From an uncultured Oleiharenicola sp. (lineage in GTDB: Bacteria > Verrucomicrobiota > Verrucomicrobiia > Opitutales > Opitutaceae), in the NCBI GenBank assembly GCA_964481095.1, contig CAYZSN010000210.1:3705-67704 (forward strand): a DNA stretch of 64,000 nucleotides, in the 5' to 3' direction. Below are positions 27,681 to 37,189 of this stretch, in pieces (the first letter of the stretch is position 1; the number at the start of each line of letters is the position of its first letter). A model generated the notes under the pieces. That model did not search any database. It had not been told where the DNA came from and saw nothing but the letters and a program-made list of their open reading frames with translations. A program made the position numbers and the translations under genes.

Positions 27681-28904
27681 TCAGCGGGCGACCACGAGCG
27701 GAAAGCCGCTCCTCCGCAGCGCGCGGTGCAATTCGCGCACGTGGGCGTGATCGCGCGTCTCGACGGTGCAGATGACGTTCACGGCGGACACATCGGGCCC
27801 GCTGAACACGCGATCGTGCTCGATGTCCTTCACGCTCGCCCCGCAGCCGGCGATGATGCGGGCCAGCTCCGACAGCCCGCCGGGGCGGTCGCTGATCGTC
27901 ACGGTGAAGCGCGCGAGCCGGCCGTCGTGCACGAGGCCCTTCTCGATCACGCGGCTCAGCACCGCCGGGTCGATGTTGCCGCCACAGACGGCGAGCACGA
28001 CCTTCCTGCCGCGCAGGCCCGGCAGCAGCCCGGCCATCAACGCGGCGAGCGGCGCGGCCGCGGCGCCCTCCACCACAATCTTTTCCTTCTCGACCATGCG
28101 CAGGATGGCGAGCGCGATCCAGTCCTCGCCGACGCGCACCACCTGGTCGACGCGCGGGCGGGCGAGCGCGAAGGCGTTCGCGCCCACCTTCAACACGGCG
28201 AGGCCGTCGGCGAGCGTCGCCCGGCGGGGAATGGCCACCGGCCGGCGCGCCTTGAGGGCGGCGGTGAAGCTGGCGGTCGCCACCGACTCGACGCCGATGA
28301 CCTTCACGCGCGGCCGCAGCGCCTTCACGGCGACGGCGAGGCCGGCGATCAATCCGGCGCCGCCGATCGGGGCGATGATGGCGTCGACGTCCTTCACCTG
28401 CTCGAGGATTTCCAGCGCCATCGTGCCCTGGCCGGCGATGATGGCGGGGTCGTCAAAACCGTGGATGTAGGCGAGGCCCTCGCGGTCGGCGAGCGCGTCG
28501 GCCGCCAGCCGGGCCTCGGCGAAGTCGCGCCCCTGGATCACGACGCGCGCCCCGAGCCCGCGGCACGTGCTCACCTTGATGAGCGGCGCGTAGTCGGGCA
28601 TCACCACGGTCACGGGAATGCGCAGGAGCCGGCCGTGGTAGGCGAGGCCGAGCGCGTGGTTGCCGGCGGAGGCGGCGATCACGCCGCGTTTTTTCTGCGC
28701 GGCCGGGAGCCGCAGGAGCGCGTTGCGCGCGCCGCGCTCCTTGAACGAGCCGGTGCGCTGCAGGTTGTCGAGCTTGCAGAAGATCCGCGCCCCGGTGATT
28801 TCCGAGAGCGGGATCGATTCCGGGCAGGGCGTGACGACCACGCCGCCGGCAATGCGGCGGCGGGCGGAACGGATGTCGGCGAGGGTGGGCGGGGCGGGCT
28901 TGAT
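27681..28904 (-). CDS. ilvA: threonine ammonia-lyase with C-terminal ACT domain
   Basis: KLDNLQRTGSFKERGA, ASAGNHA, AGQGT, GGNID, ISDRPGGL; start uncertain (ATC 28904 or TTG 28940). Confidence 0.88.
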   Translation of the reverse strand: MKPAPPTLADIRSARRRIAGGVVVTPCPESIPLSEITGARIFCKLDNLQRTGSFKERGARNALLRLPAAQKKRGVIAASAGNHALGLAYHGRLLRIPVTVVMPDYAPLIKVSTCRGLGARVVIQGRDFAEARLAADALADREGLAYIHGFDDPAIIAGQGTMALEILEQVKDVDAIIAPIGGAGLIAGLAVAVKALRPRVKVIGVESVATASFTAALKARRPVAIPRRATLADGLAVLKVGANAFALARPRVDQVVRVGEDWIALAILRMVEKEKIVVEGAAAAPLAALMAGLLPGLRGRKVVLAVCGGNIDPAVLSRVIEKGLVHDGRLARFTVTISDRPGGLSELARIIAGCGASVKDIEHDRVFSGPDVSAVNVICTVETRDHAHVRELHRALRRSGFPLVVAR

Positions 28905-28958
28905 GGCCCGCCAAGCTAGGGCCTGGACCGCCGCGCGCAATCCCGACCTGCGCGCGGG

Positions 28959-29630
28959 TTATTTCGCCGCAGGCGCGGGCAGCACCGGACGCTGCTTGAG
29001 AAATTCCTGCCAGGCGTCACGCAGGCCCTTGCGCTCGTTCTCATCGAGCCGGCCGTCGTGGTTGGCGTCAAAGCGGGCGAGCATCTGCTTGCGGCCTTCC
29101 TGGAAGCGGGCGCGCATTTCCTCGCCCCTTTTCCGGGCGTCGGCGCGCTCAGCCCCGCTCAGGTGGTGGTCGCCGTCCTTGTCGAAACGATGCAGCATCG
29201 CCTGCCGCATGTGCATGCGGTGCCAGCGCATCAGGCGCATCATCCGCCGGAAATGGCGGTGGCCCCGCCAGCCGCCGTGGAAATCCCCGCTGTGTCCGCC
29301 CCGACCCGCAAATTCGTGCCGGCCCCAGCCGCCGCCCGGACCACCGGGGCCGCGGAAACCTTCCGGGCCGCCACCCGGGCCCCACGCCCCGGGCCCACCG
29401 TGTTCGGCCATGCGTTTCTGCCATTCGGCGCGCGCCGCGGCGCGTTCGGTGTCGTCGAGCTTGCCGTCGTGGTTTGTGTCAAAGCGTTTCAGCATTTCCT
29501 CGCGCATTGGTCGGTGGTCGCCATCCGGCGCGGGGGGCGGTGAACCGGCGGCGGGTTCGCCTTGGGCGAAGGCCGGCACGGCGAATAGCGTTGCTGCGAC
29601 GAAACAGAGGGATACTGAACTGTTCTTCAT
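28959..29630 (-). CDS. secreted EF-hand repeat protein
   Basis: Signal peptide; FDTNHDGKLDDTER, FDKDGDHHLSGAER, FDANHDGRLDENER. Confidence 0.8.
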   Translation of the reverse strand: MKNSSVSLCFVAATLFAVPAFAQGEPAAGSPPPAPDGDHRPMREEMLKRFDTNHDGKLDDTERAAARAEWQKRMAEHGGPGAWGPGGGPEGFRGPGGPGGGWGRHEFAGRGGHSGDFHGGWRGHRHFRRMMRLMRWHRMHMRQAMLHRFDKDGDHHLSGAERADARKRGEEMRARFQEGRKQMLARFDANHDGRLDENERKGLRDAWQEFLKQRPVLPAPAAK

Positions 29631-29694
29631 TGCGGGATGGGGGTTTCCGACAAGACGCCACGGCCTTCCCGCGGTTACAGCACCTTTCCCAACC

Positions 29695-30045
29695 ATGTAC
29701 CAGGTAACCTTTTCCGACCAAAGCATGCGCGAGCTGAACCAACTCGACAAGCTGGCGCAGATGGAAGCCATCGAACCGATCAGCAAGATCCGCCCGTCCG
29801 ACTTGGAGAAGCCCCGCGAGCCGCTGGGCAAATTCACGCGCGGGAACCAGACCTTCTACCGGCTGCGCGCCGGCGACTTCCGCTTTTATTTCGAGGTGAA
29901 GGGCGAGACCCTGCACACGCACTACATCCTGCACAAATCCTCGCTCGAGGACCTGCTCTTCCGCATGAAACTGCCGGTTTCCGAACAGCAGCTGTTCGAG
30001 CAGCATTCCAAGTTCTGGAAATACCTCGAGAGCCTGACCAAGTAA
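29695..30045 (+). CDS. RelE/ParE-superfamily protein without adjacent antitoxin
   Basis: MYQVTFS...L..L; YRLRAGDFRFYFEV. Confidence 0.75.
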   Translation: MYQVTFSDQSMRELNQLDKLAQMEAIEPISKIRPSDLEKPREPLGKFTRGNQTFYRLRAGDFRFYFEVKGETLHTHYILHKSSLEDLLFRMKLPVSEQQLFEQHSKFWKYLESLTK

Positions 30046-30053
30046 GCCGCGCC

Positions 30054-30959
30054 ATGTCGGACCTGCAGCAACGCGACAACCCTTACAACGTCACCCAGGC
30101 GAGCCGGATTTATTTCCTGCCCAACCTCATGACGGCGGGAAACCTCTTCTGCGGTTTCGGCGCCGTGATCCTCTGCATCCAGGCGCGCCTGCTGACCGAC
30201 GCCGGCGAGTACGCCCAGCTGCACAGCGACCTGAAGTGGATGGACCTCTACACCCGCGCGGTGTGGTGCATCCTGGCGGCGGTGGTGTTCGATTCGCTCG
30301 ACGGCCGCCTGGCCCGCCTCGGCGGGCGCACGTCGCTGTTCGGCGCGGAGTTCGATTCGCTGGCCGACGTCGTGTCGTTCGGCGTGGCCCCCGCGCTGAT
30401 GGTGTTCTTCCTGATCCTCGCCCCGCGCGCCGACTACCAGTGGTTCCGCGAGCTGGGCTGGCTGATCGCCTTCTTCTACCTGCTATGCGGCGCGGTCCGC
30501 CTCGCCCGCTTCAACGTCATCACCAACCCCCTGCTCCATCGCGCGGAGGCCGAGTCGAGCAAGGACTTCGTCGGCCTGCCGATCCCGGCCGCGGCCGGCA
30601 CGGTCGCGTCGCTCGTGCTCCTGCTGCTCAACATGGCGGCCAATGCGAAGGAGCTGCGCCAGTGGGCCCTGGCGCTGCCGCTGATCCTCGTCCTCGTCGC
30701 CTGCCTCATGGTCAGCACCATCCGGTACCCGAGCTTCAAGCAGGTGAATTGGGAGACGCGGACGCGCTTTCGTACCTTCGTGCTGGTGTTCGTCGCGATC
30801 ATCCTGCTGTGGCGGTTGCAGGAGGTGGCCATCTTCTTTCTTTTTCTCGCCTACATCGCCTACGGCCTTTTCGCGCACTACCAGCGGGGCATGCGCCACG
30901 CCCAGATGCGCGCCTTGCGTCGGAAGGTTGTGAAAATGAAGCAGGAAAATTCCGAATAA
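30054..30959 (+). CDS. pssA: CDP-diacylglycerol--serine O-phosphatidyltransferase
   Basis: LPNLMTAGNLFCG, DSLDGRLAR..SLFGAEFDSLADVVSFGVAP, RLARFN, FVGLPIP. Confidence 0.9.
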   Translation: MSDLQQRDNPYNVTQASRIYFLPNLMTAGNLFCGFGAVILCIQARLLTDAGEYAQLHSDLKWMDLYTRAVWCILAAVVFDSLDGRLARLGGRTSLFGAEFDSLADVVSFGVAPALMVFFLILAPRADYQWFRELGWLIAFFYLLCGAVRLARFNVITNPLLHRAEAESSKDFVGLPIPAAAGTVASLVLLLLNMAANAKELRQWALALPLILVLVACLMVSTIRYPSFKQVNWETRTRFRTFVLVFVAIILLWRLQEVAIFFLFLAYIAYGLFAHYQRGMRHAQMRALRRKVVKMKQENSE

Positions 30960-31120
30960 CTTTTCCGTGTGAACAACCCGCCGGTTGTTGGCGGTTGTTC
31001 AGGCGGGGTTCACAGCCGGCCGGCGGGGGTTTTTCCCTGCGAAAACGGGCGGTTGCTGCCAAAACCCGGCGACATAATAATACGAATACTTGCTTATTTA
31101 ATCCCTCTTTAATCTCCTAC
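30929..31120. other. candidate replication origin / DnaA-regulated region upstream of dnaN
   Basis: DnaA-box-like 9-mers (30929, 30968, 30995, 31006) followed by an AT-rich tract at about 31072-31115. Confidence 0.45.
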
Positions 31121-31152
31121 CGGAGCCAACAACCCCAATAACGTCCCGACTG

Positions 31153-32277
31153 ATGAAATTTAAGATCAACCGCGACCACTTCAGCAACGGCCTGACCCAG
31201 GTCCTCAACGTCGTCGGTTCCAAAGCGGCCATGCCGATCCTGAGCAACGTGCTCATCGAGGCGGAGAAGGACAGCATTTCGCTCACCACCACGAACCTCG
31301 ACCTCGGCATCCGCTGCAAGATCAAGGCCGACGTCAAGGAGACCGGTGCGATCACCCTCCCGGTCAAGCGACTCGCCACCATCGTGCGCGAGCTGCCGAA
31401 CGTCGACGTGTCGTTCGACTCGACGACGAACCACCAGGTGAAGATCGCCTCCGGCGGCTCCAACTTCCGCATCATGGGCCTCGGCGCGGAGGAGTTTCCC
31501 AAGCTGCCGGACTCCGGCGACGACAAGAGCTACAGCCTCGACCAGCCCGAGCTCGCCACGATGCTGGGCAACGTCGCGTACGCGCAGTCGACCGACGAGA
31601 CGCGCTACATCCTCAACGGCGTCTATTTCAACTTCAAGGACGGCAAGCTCTCGCTCGTGGCCACCGACGGCCGCCGCCTGGCGCTGGTGAGCAAGGAGCT
31701 CGCGACGCCCGCCGCCAGTTCCGGCGCGATCATCCTGCCCGCGAAGACCGTGGCCGAGCTGCTGCGCCTGCTCGGCAAGGGCGAGAAGCTCAAGGTCGCC
31801 TTCAACGACCGCCGCGCCGCGTTCCAGATCGAGACCGGCAAGGAGGCGGGCGGGCTGATCGACAGCATCTTCCTCTTCTCGAAGGTGGTCGAGGGCAACT
31901 ACCCGAACTACCAGCAGGTCATCCCGAAGGAGACGCACCAGCGCATCAAGCTCGAGCGCGAGCTCTTCCTCCAGTGCGTGCATCGCGCGGCGCTGGTCAC
32001 CTCGGAGAAATCCAACTCGGTGAAGATCAAGATTTCCTCGAATCTCCTCGAGATCACGGCGTCCTCCCCCGACTTCGGCGAGGCGCACGAATCGATGGCG
32101 ATTTCCTACAGCGGCCCGGACCTCCAGGTCGCCTTCAACCCGCAGTTTGTCATGGACCCGCTCCGCGCGCTCACCAAGGACGAGGTCTTCTTCGAGCTCA
32201 AGGACGAGGTGAGCCCGGGCGTCTTCAAGACCCTCGAGAGCTTTGTGTGCGTGATCATGCCGGTGCGGCTGAGCTGA
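31153..32277 (+). CDS. dnaN: DNA polymerase III beta clamp
   Basis: [48 protein letters not shown]. Confidence 0.97.
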   Translation: MKFKINRDHFSNGLTQVLNVVGSKAAMPILSNVLIEAEKDSISLTTTNLDLGIRCKIKADVKETGAITLPVKRLATIVRELPNVDVSFDSTTNHQVKIASGGSNFRIMGLGAEEFPKLPDSGDDKSYSLDQPELATMLGNVAYAQSTDETRYILNGVYFNFKDGKLSLVATDGRRLALVSKELATPAASSGAIILPAKTVAELLRLLGKGEKLKVAFNDRRAAFQIETGKEAGGLIDSIFLFSKVVEGNYPNYQQVIPKETHQRIKLERELFLQCVHRAALVTSEKSNSVKIKISSNLLEITASSPDFGEAHESMAISYSGPDLQVAFNPQFVMDPLRALTKDEVFFELKDEVSPGVFKTLESFVCVIMPVRLS

Positions 32278-32302
32278 GCCGCCGCGGCGCGTCCGCGTCC
32301 CC

Positions 32303-33184
32303 ATGCCCGACCCGCTGTCATTGTTCCTCGCCCCGTCGGTGGCGGTGCTGCTGCTGCTGTTCTACATCAACCTGCGGCTGGCCTCGCCGCTGCTCGCGAT
32401 CCCGATCCGCTGGCTGCGCTGGATCCTCTTCGCGGTCTTCGCCGCGCAGGCCAACGGGCAGCTCGGCGTGATCGACCGCCCGGCCTGGGTTGTCGCCAGC
32501 GTGGCCTTCCTCGGCTGGTTCCTGGTCGAGTCGGCGTTCAACTGGCTCAAGGTGAGCGCCATCAGCCTCAGCCCGCTGCCGCTGTTCCCGCGCTACGTCG
32601 TCAACAACAGCGGCGACGAGTGGCCCACCCAGAAGCGCCTGTTGAAGGTGCGCGACTGGCTCCGCGACCAGCGCTATGTGCCGGTCCAGGCGCTCAAGGC
32701 CGAGCTCGGCGGCGGCGTCTGGCTGCGCACGTCGGTGCACCACAACGCGAGCGCGACCATCCGCCTGCACACGCTGTTCGTGCCCCAGGAAAGCGGCGCC
32801 ATCACGGTCTGCTTCAGCCTCTCGAGCCGCACCGCCGGCGGCCGGCGCTACGTGACCGACAACCTCTACATTCCCTTCGGCGGGTTTTATCCGGAAAGCT
32901 GGCACGTGGAGCGCACGCCCTGGCGGCGCAACCTGGCCCGGCTCGTCGCGCGGCATGAGCAGCGCCTGGCGGCCGCCAGCGAGGAGGCGGTGGCCTGGGA
33001 CACGACGCCGATCGAGGACATCAACCAGCAGCAGCAGCAGATGGAGATGATCAACACCCAGCTCGGCTACCTGCAGCCCCACGCCGATCGCGAGGAGTAC
33101 GGCAAGATCACCCCCGAGGGCCGCTTCCGCGTGTGGAAGGAGGCCTGGCTGCTCGATTACCTCGGTGTGGCGCAGCGCTACTGA
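32303..33184 (+). CDS. hypothetical membrane protein
   Basis: N-terminal TM segments, host-like codon usage. Confidence 0.7.
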   Translation: MPDPLSLFLAPSVAVLLLLFYINLRLASPLLAIPIRWLRWILFAVFAAQANGQLGVIDRPAWVVASVAFLGWFLVESAFNWLKVSAISLSPLPLFPRYVVNNSGDEWPTQKRLLKVRDWLRDQRYVPVQALKAELGGGVWLRTSVHHNASATIRLHTLFVPQESGAITVCFSLSSRTAGGRRYVTDNLYIPFGGFYPESWHVERTPWRRNLARLVARHEQRLAAASEEAVAWDTTPIEDINQQQQQMEMINTQLGYLQPHADREEYGKITPEGRFRVWKEAWLLDYLGVAQRY

Positions 33185-34841
33185 GTGGATCACGGGCGGG
33201 CGCCTCCGCCCGTTGGCATCGCTGGGCCTGTTGGTGGCCGCCGTCTACGGCGCGGCGCTCGGTTTTGATTTCGTGCGCTGGGACGACCCCGTCAACATCA
33301 CGCACAACCCGCTGCTGACCGAACCCTGGTCGCGCGACCTGCTGGCGAAACTGGTGAACGGCGACACGGCGCTGCGGTTCAAACCGATTCCCTGGCTGCT
33401 CTACCGCGCGACGTACGCCACGTGCGGTTTCAATCCCGCGGCGTGGCACGGGCTCAACCTCGCGCTGCACCTGGCCGCCGTCGTGATGTGCCGGGCCGTG
33501 CTGCGCAGCCTGCTCGCCCGCCTGAAACCAGCCACGCCGGAAGAGACGCGCGCGCTGCTCGCCTGGCTGGGCGCCGCGCTGTGGGCCGTCCACCCGGCGC
33601 ACGTCGAGGCGGCGGTGTGGGCCACGGCCACGCCGTACCCGCTGATGGTCTTTTTCCTGCTCGGCTCGTTTTGGTTTTATGTCCGCGCCACGGATCCGGC
33701 GGCCACCGCGGGTGCGCGGCGGAATTTTTTCAAAGCCTGGCTGCTGGCGCTGCTGGCCTATGCGAGCTATCCGGTCGGCGTGACGTACGGCGCGTGGCTG
33801 ATCGTCGCGGACCTCCGGGTTTTCCGCATCGCCCCGCTCGCCCGCGAACGCCGCGGCGAAATCCTGCCATGGCTCGCCCGGCATGCGCTCTTCCTGCTGC
33901 CGGCCGTGGCGAGCGTGCTCGTGACGTTCAAGAGCAGCTCGACGGCCCCCTGGCTTTATCCCGCCCCCGCCACGCTCGCGGAAGTGGACGTGTTCGTGCG
34001 CCTGCAGATGGCCGCGGCGATGCTGGCGTCGGTGTGGACGCATTTTCTCTGGCCGTTCGGGCTCACACCCAACAATCCGATGCTGCCGGTGGCGATGGTG
34101 CACGGACCGATGATCCTCACGATGGCCGCGCTTTCGATCGTGCTGGGTGTGATCGCCCTGATCGGCTGGCGCCGGTGTCCGGGCTTCGCCGCGGTTTTTT
34201 TCGGCAGCGCGGTCCTCGCGCTGCCGGTGCTGGGTTTCACGCAATGGCCGACGTGGTCGGTCGCCGACCGGCACGTGTACCTGCCGCACCTTGTCTTCAC
34301 GGGTGCGCTGGCCGTCTGGTTTGCCGCGCGCGATTTCGCCAGCCGGCGCCAAACCGCCTTCACCGCGGGCGCCTTCGTCCTCCTCGGCGGCCTCGCCTGG
34401 CTGGGGCACCGGCAGGTCATGATCTGGCGCAATACGGACACGCTCTTCCGCTACCTCGAGGCACAGCCGGCCTTCACCTGGAATCCCGCGCAACAGGCCT
34501 ACATCTACCAGCTGTGGGGCGCGCAACTGGCCGAGGACGGCCAACCCGCGCGGGCGCAGGAAAAGCACGCCCAGGCCCGGCGCGTTTTCCAAGCGGGCAT
34601 GTTCCGCGCCGCCGAAGCGGGGAATTTCGCCGAGGCCATCGAGCTTTCGCTGCGCCTGGAACAGGCCTTCGGCCTGCCGCCGCCGCTGCGCCGCGAACGC
34701 GTGCGCTGGCTGTTGCGGCAGAACCGGCTGGCCGAGGCCGGGCCGGACCTTGCCCGCCTCCAGCGCGAACTGCCCGGGGATCCGGCAACCGCGGAAATGC
34801 TCCGCGAGTGGCAGCGCCGTTCCGGCGCCAATCATTTGTGA
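33165..34841 (+). CDS. polytopic membrane protein resembling TMTC/GT-C protein O-glycosyltransferases
   Basis: FVRWDD...NP, HGLNLALH, WAVHPAHVEAAVW, VADRHVYLP, IWRNTDTLF, helical tail. Confidence 0.75.
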   Translation: MWRSATEWITGGRLRPLASLGLLVAAVYGAALGFDFVRWDDPVNITHNPLLTEPWSRDLLAKLVNGDTALRFKPIPWLLYRATYATCGFNPAAWHGLNLALHLAAVVMCRAVLRSLLARLKPATPEETRALLAWLGAALWAVHPAHVEAAVWATATPYPLMVFFLLGSFWFYVRATDPAATAGARRNFFKAWLLALLAYASYPVGVTYGAWLIVADLRVFRIAPLARERRGEILPWLARHALFLLPAVASVLVTFKSSSTAPWLYPAPATLAEVDVFVRLQMAAAMLASVWTHFLWPFGLTPNNPMLPVAMVHGPMILTMAALSIVLGVIALIGWRRCPGFAAVFFGSAVLALPVLGFTQWPTWSVADRHVYLPHLVFTGALAVWFAARDFASRRQTAFTAGAFVLLGGLAWLGHRQVMIWRNTDTLFRYLEAQPAFTWNPAQQAYIYQLWGAQLAEDGQPARAQEKHAQARRVFQAGMFRAAEAGNFAEAIELSLRLEQAFGLPPPLRRERVRWLLRQNRLAEAGPDLARLQRELPGDPATAEMLREWQRRSGANHL

Positions 34842-34901
34842 AAACCGGAACCCGTCCTGAAAAGGCTCGTCTCATCCCTGTCCCCGGGTAACTAACAAGC
34901 C

Positions 34902-35204
34902 ATGATGGTTCTCGCCGTTACCGCGCTCGAAAAAATGCAGACCTTGAAGCCCGACGTGTGGCTCAAGATCGGCATCGTGATCGTCGCCTTCGTGGTGTTG
35001 ATCCTCCTCCTCCGGCGGGTCATGCGCATGAACAAGATCATCGCCGGCGTCATCGTCTTCGTGGTCTGCACGGTGATCTTCTTTTCCTGGGTCTATAACC
35101 GCAACGAGCCGAAGTTCCTGACGCCGATAGTCGAGAAGATCGCCCCGTTCTTCCCCACCGCCGGGGCGTACTCGAACAAGCAGCAATCCACGCCCAAGCC
35201 CTGA
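34902..35204 (+). CDS. small membrane protein
   Basis: 2 TM segments, [13 protein letters not shown]; preceded by GGAAC-N16-CGTCT. Confidence 0.7.
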   Translation: MMVLAVTALEKMQTLKPDVWLKIGIVIVAFVVLILLLRRVMRMNKIIAGVIVFVVCTVIFFSWVYNRNEPKFLTPIVEKIAPFFPTAGAYSNKQQSTPKP

Positions 35205-35292
35205 CCCGGGCCGCCGTAACGCGGATATTACGCGGGGCGCGCCAAAAACAAGTTGGTCTTTGGGAGTGGAAGCGCTACAGATTGCCGCTCCT

Positions 35293-36798
35293 ATGGCCAA
35301 AACGCACTCTGACATCGGACTCATCGGCCTCGCCGTGATGGGTCAGAATCTCGCGCTCAACATCGCCGACCACGGCTTCCAGATTTCGGTTTATAACCGC
35401 ACGGTCGAGAAGACCGACAAGTTCGTCGCGGAAAATCCCAACACGCCCGGCGGAGTGATCGGCACCAAAACCCTCCAGGAATTCGCCGCCTCCCTCGCCA
35501 AGCCGCGCAAGGCGATCATCCTCGTTCAGGCCGGCAAGGCCACCGACGCCGTGATCGACGGCCTCGTGGGCGTGTTCGAACCGGGCGACATCATCATCGA
35601 CGGCGGCAACGCGCTGTGGACCGACACCATCCGGCGCGAAAAGGCGCTCAAGGAAAAAGGCCTGCGTTTCGTCGGCTCCGGCGTGTCCGGCGGCGAGGAA
35701 GGCGCACGCTTCGGCCCATCCCTCATGCCGGGCGGCGACATCGCCGCGTGGAAGGAACTCGAGCCGGTCTGGAAGGCGGTCGCCGCGAAGGTTGACGCCA
35801 GGACCGGCAAGCCGTTGCTGGGCGCGAAGCCCGGCCAACCGGTGAAGGGCGGCGTGCCCTGCACGACCTACATCGGCGAGAACGGCGCAGGCCACTATGT
35901 GAAGATGGTCCACAACGGCATCGAGTACGGCGACATGCAGATGATCTGCGAGGCCTACGCGCTGATGTCCGGCCTGCTCGGCCTCAAGCCCGCGGAACAG
36001 TCCGCCATCTTCACCGAATGGAACAAGGGCATCCTCGATTCCTTCCTCATCGAGATCACCGCCGACATTCTCCAGCAGAAGGACCCGGTGACGAGGAAGA
36101 AGGCCTTCGTCGACGTCGTCCTCGACACCGCCGGCCAGAAAGGCACGGGCAAGTGGACCTCGACCAACGCGCTCGACATGGGCGTCCCCGCCCCGACGAT
36201 CGCCGAGGCCGTGTTCGCCCGCTGCGTCTCCGCCATCAAGGAGGAGCGCGTCGCCGCCGCGAAGATCCTCAAGGGTCCCGGCAAAAAATACCGCGGTTCG
36301 CGGAAGGCCCTCGTGCAGGCCATCCACGACGCGCTCTACTGCTCGAAGATCTGCTCCTACGCGCAGGGCTTCCAGCTCATGCGCACCGCGCAGAAGGAGT
36401 ACGGCTGGAAACTGAACTTCGGCGAGATCGCGCAGATCTGGCGGGGCGGCTGCATCATCCGCGCGGCGTTCCTGCAGAAAATCACCGAGGCCTACGCGCG
36501 CAACCCGGACCTCGCGAACCTGCTGCTCGACCCGTACTTCAACAAGACCGTGAAGGCGGCGCAGGCGAACTGGCGCAAGGTCGTGTCGCTCGCCGCCGAA
36601 TGCGGCGTGCCGGCCCCGACGTTCTTCTCGGCGCTGTCCTACTACGACAGCTACCGCGCCGCCCGCCTGCCGGCGAACCTGCTGCAGGCGCAGCGCGACT
36701 ACTTTGGCGCCCACACCTACGAGCGCGTCGACCAGCCGCGCGGCAAGTTCTTCCACGTCGACTGGCCCGAGCCCGCCCGCCCGCAGCTGGACGCCTGA
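35293..36798 (+). CDS. gnd: 6-phosphogluconate dehydrogenase, decarboxylating
   Basis: [49 protein letters not shown]. Confidence 0.97.
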   Translation: MAKTHSDIGLIGLAVMGQNLALNIADHGFQISVYNRTVEKTDKFVAENPNTPGGVIGTKTLQEFAASLAKPRKAIILVQAGKATDAVIDGLVGVFEPGDIIIDGGNALWTDTIRREKALKEKGLRFVGSGVSGGEEGARFGPSLMPGGDIAAWKELEPVWKAVAAKVDARTGKPLLGAKPGQPVKGGVPCTTYIGENGAGHYVKMVHNGIEYGDMQMICEAYALMSGLLGLKPAEQSAIFTEWNKGILDSFLIEITADILQQKDPVTRKKAFVDVVLDTAGQKGTGKWTSTNALDMGVPAPTIAEAVFARCVSAIKEERVAAAKILKGPGKKYRGSRKALVQAIHDALYCSKICSYAQGFQLMRTAQKEYGWKLNFGEIAQIWRGGCIIRAAFLQKITEAYARNPDLANLLLDPYFNKTVKAAQANWRKVVSLAAECGVPAPTFFSALSYYDSYRAARLPANLLQAQRDYFGAHTYERVDQPRGKFFHVDWPEPARPQLDA

Positions 36799-36822
36799 GC
36801 GCGGACTGCATAAGGCCTTTTT

Positions 36823-36857
36823 ACGGCGCGGGCTTAAACAGCCGCGCCGTTTTTCTT
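36823..36857 (+). terminator. intrinsic terminator after gnd
   Basis: ACGGCGCGG / CCGCGCCGT stem followed by TTTTCTT. Confidence 0.75.
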
Positions 36858-36945
36858 ATGGGATTAGAGAGGCGGCCTTAAACCCTTCCGCCGGGGCGGC
36901 CGGCGCCTTGTCGGCCGGGCTGGCCGCAGCTAGCTTGGGGCTGTT

Positions 36946-37188
36946 GTGGAAATCTTCGTCATCATCATCCCGCCCTTCATCGCGCTGCTCATCGGCGCGA
37001 TGGCGTTCTTCGCGCCGCGGCCGAAGGACCCGGTGGCGGAAAAGGCGCGGATCGACGAGCGCATCGCGTGGTTGGAAAACCGCCTCGTGCATGCGCGGGC
37101 GGGCAACTGGGACGAACAGATGATGGCCAATCTCCACACCCAGCTGGCCGAGGCCCGGCGCGAACAAAGCGCCCTGGTGGCGGCCTGA
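36946..37188 (+). CDS. small membrane-anchored hypothetical protein
   Basis: N-terminal TM and coiled tail; TAGCTT 9 nt upstream of the GTG. Confidence 0.55.
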   Translation: MEIFVIIIPPFIALLIGAMAFFAPRPKDPVAEKARIDERIAWLENRLVHARAGNWDEQMMANLHTQLAEARREQSALVAA

Positions 37189-37189
37189 G

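Noticed and set aside
33021..33040. Short CAG run (QQQQQ) as a contingency repeat
   Set aside because: Only five codons, in-frame, unremarkable
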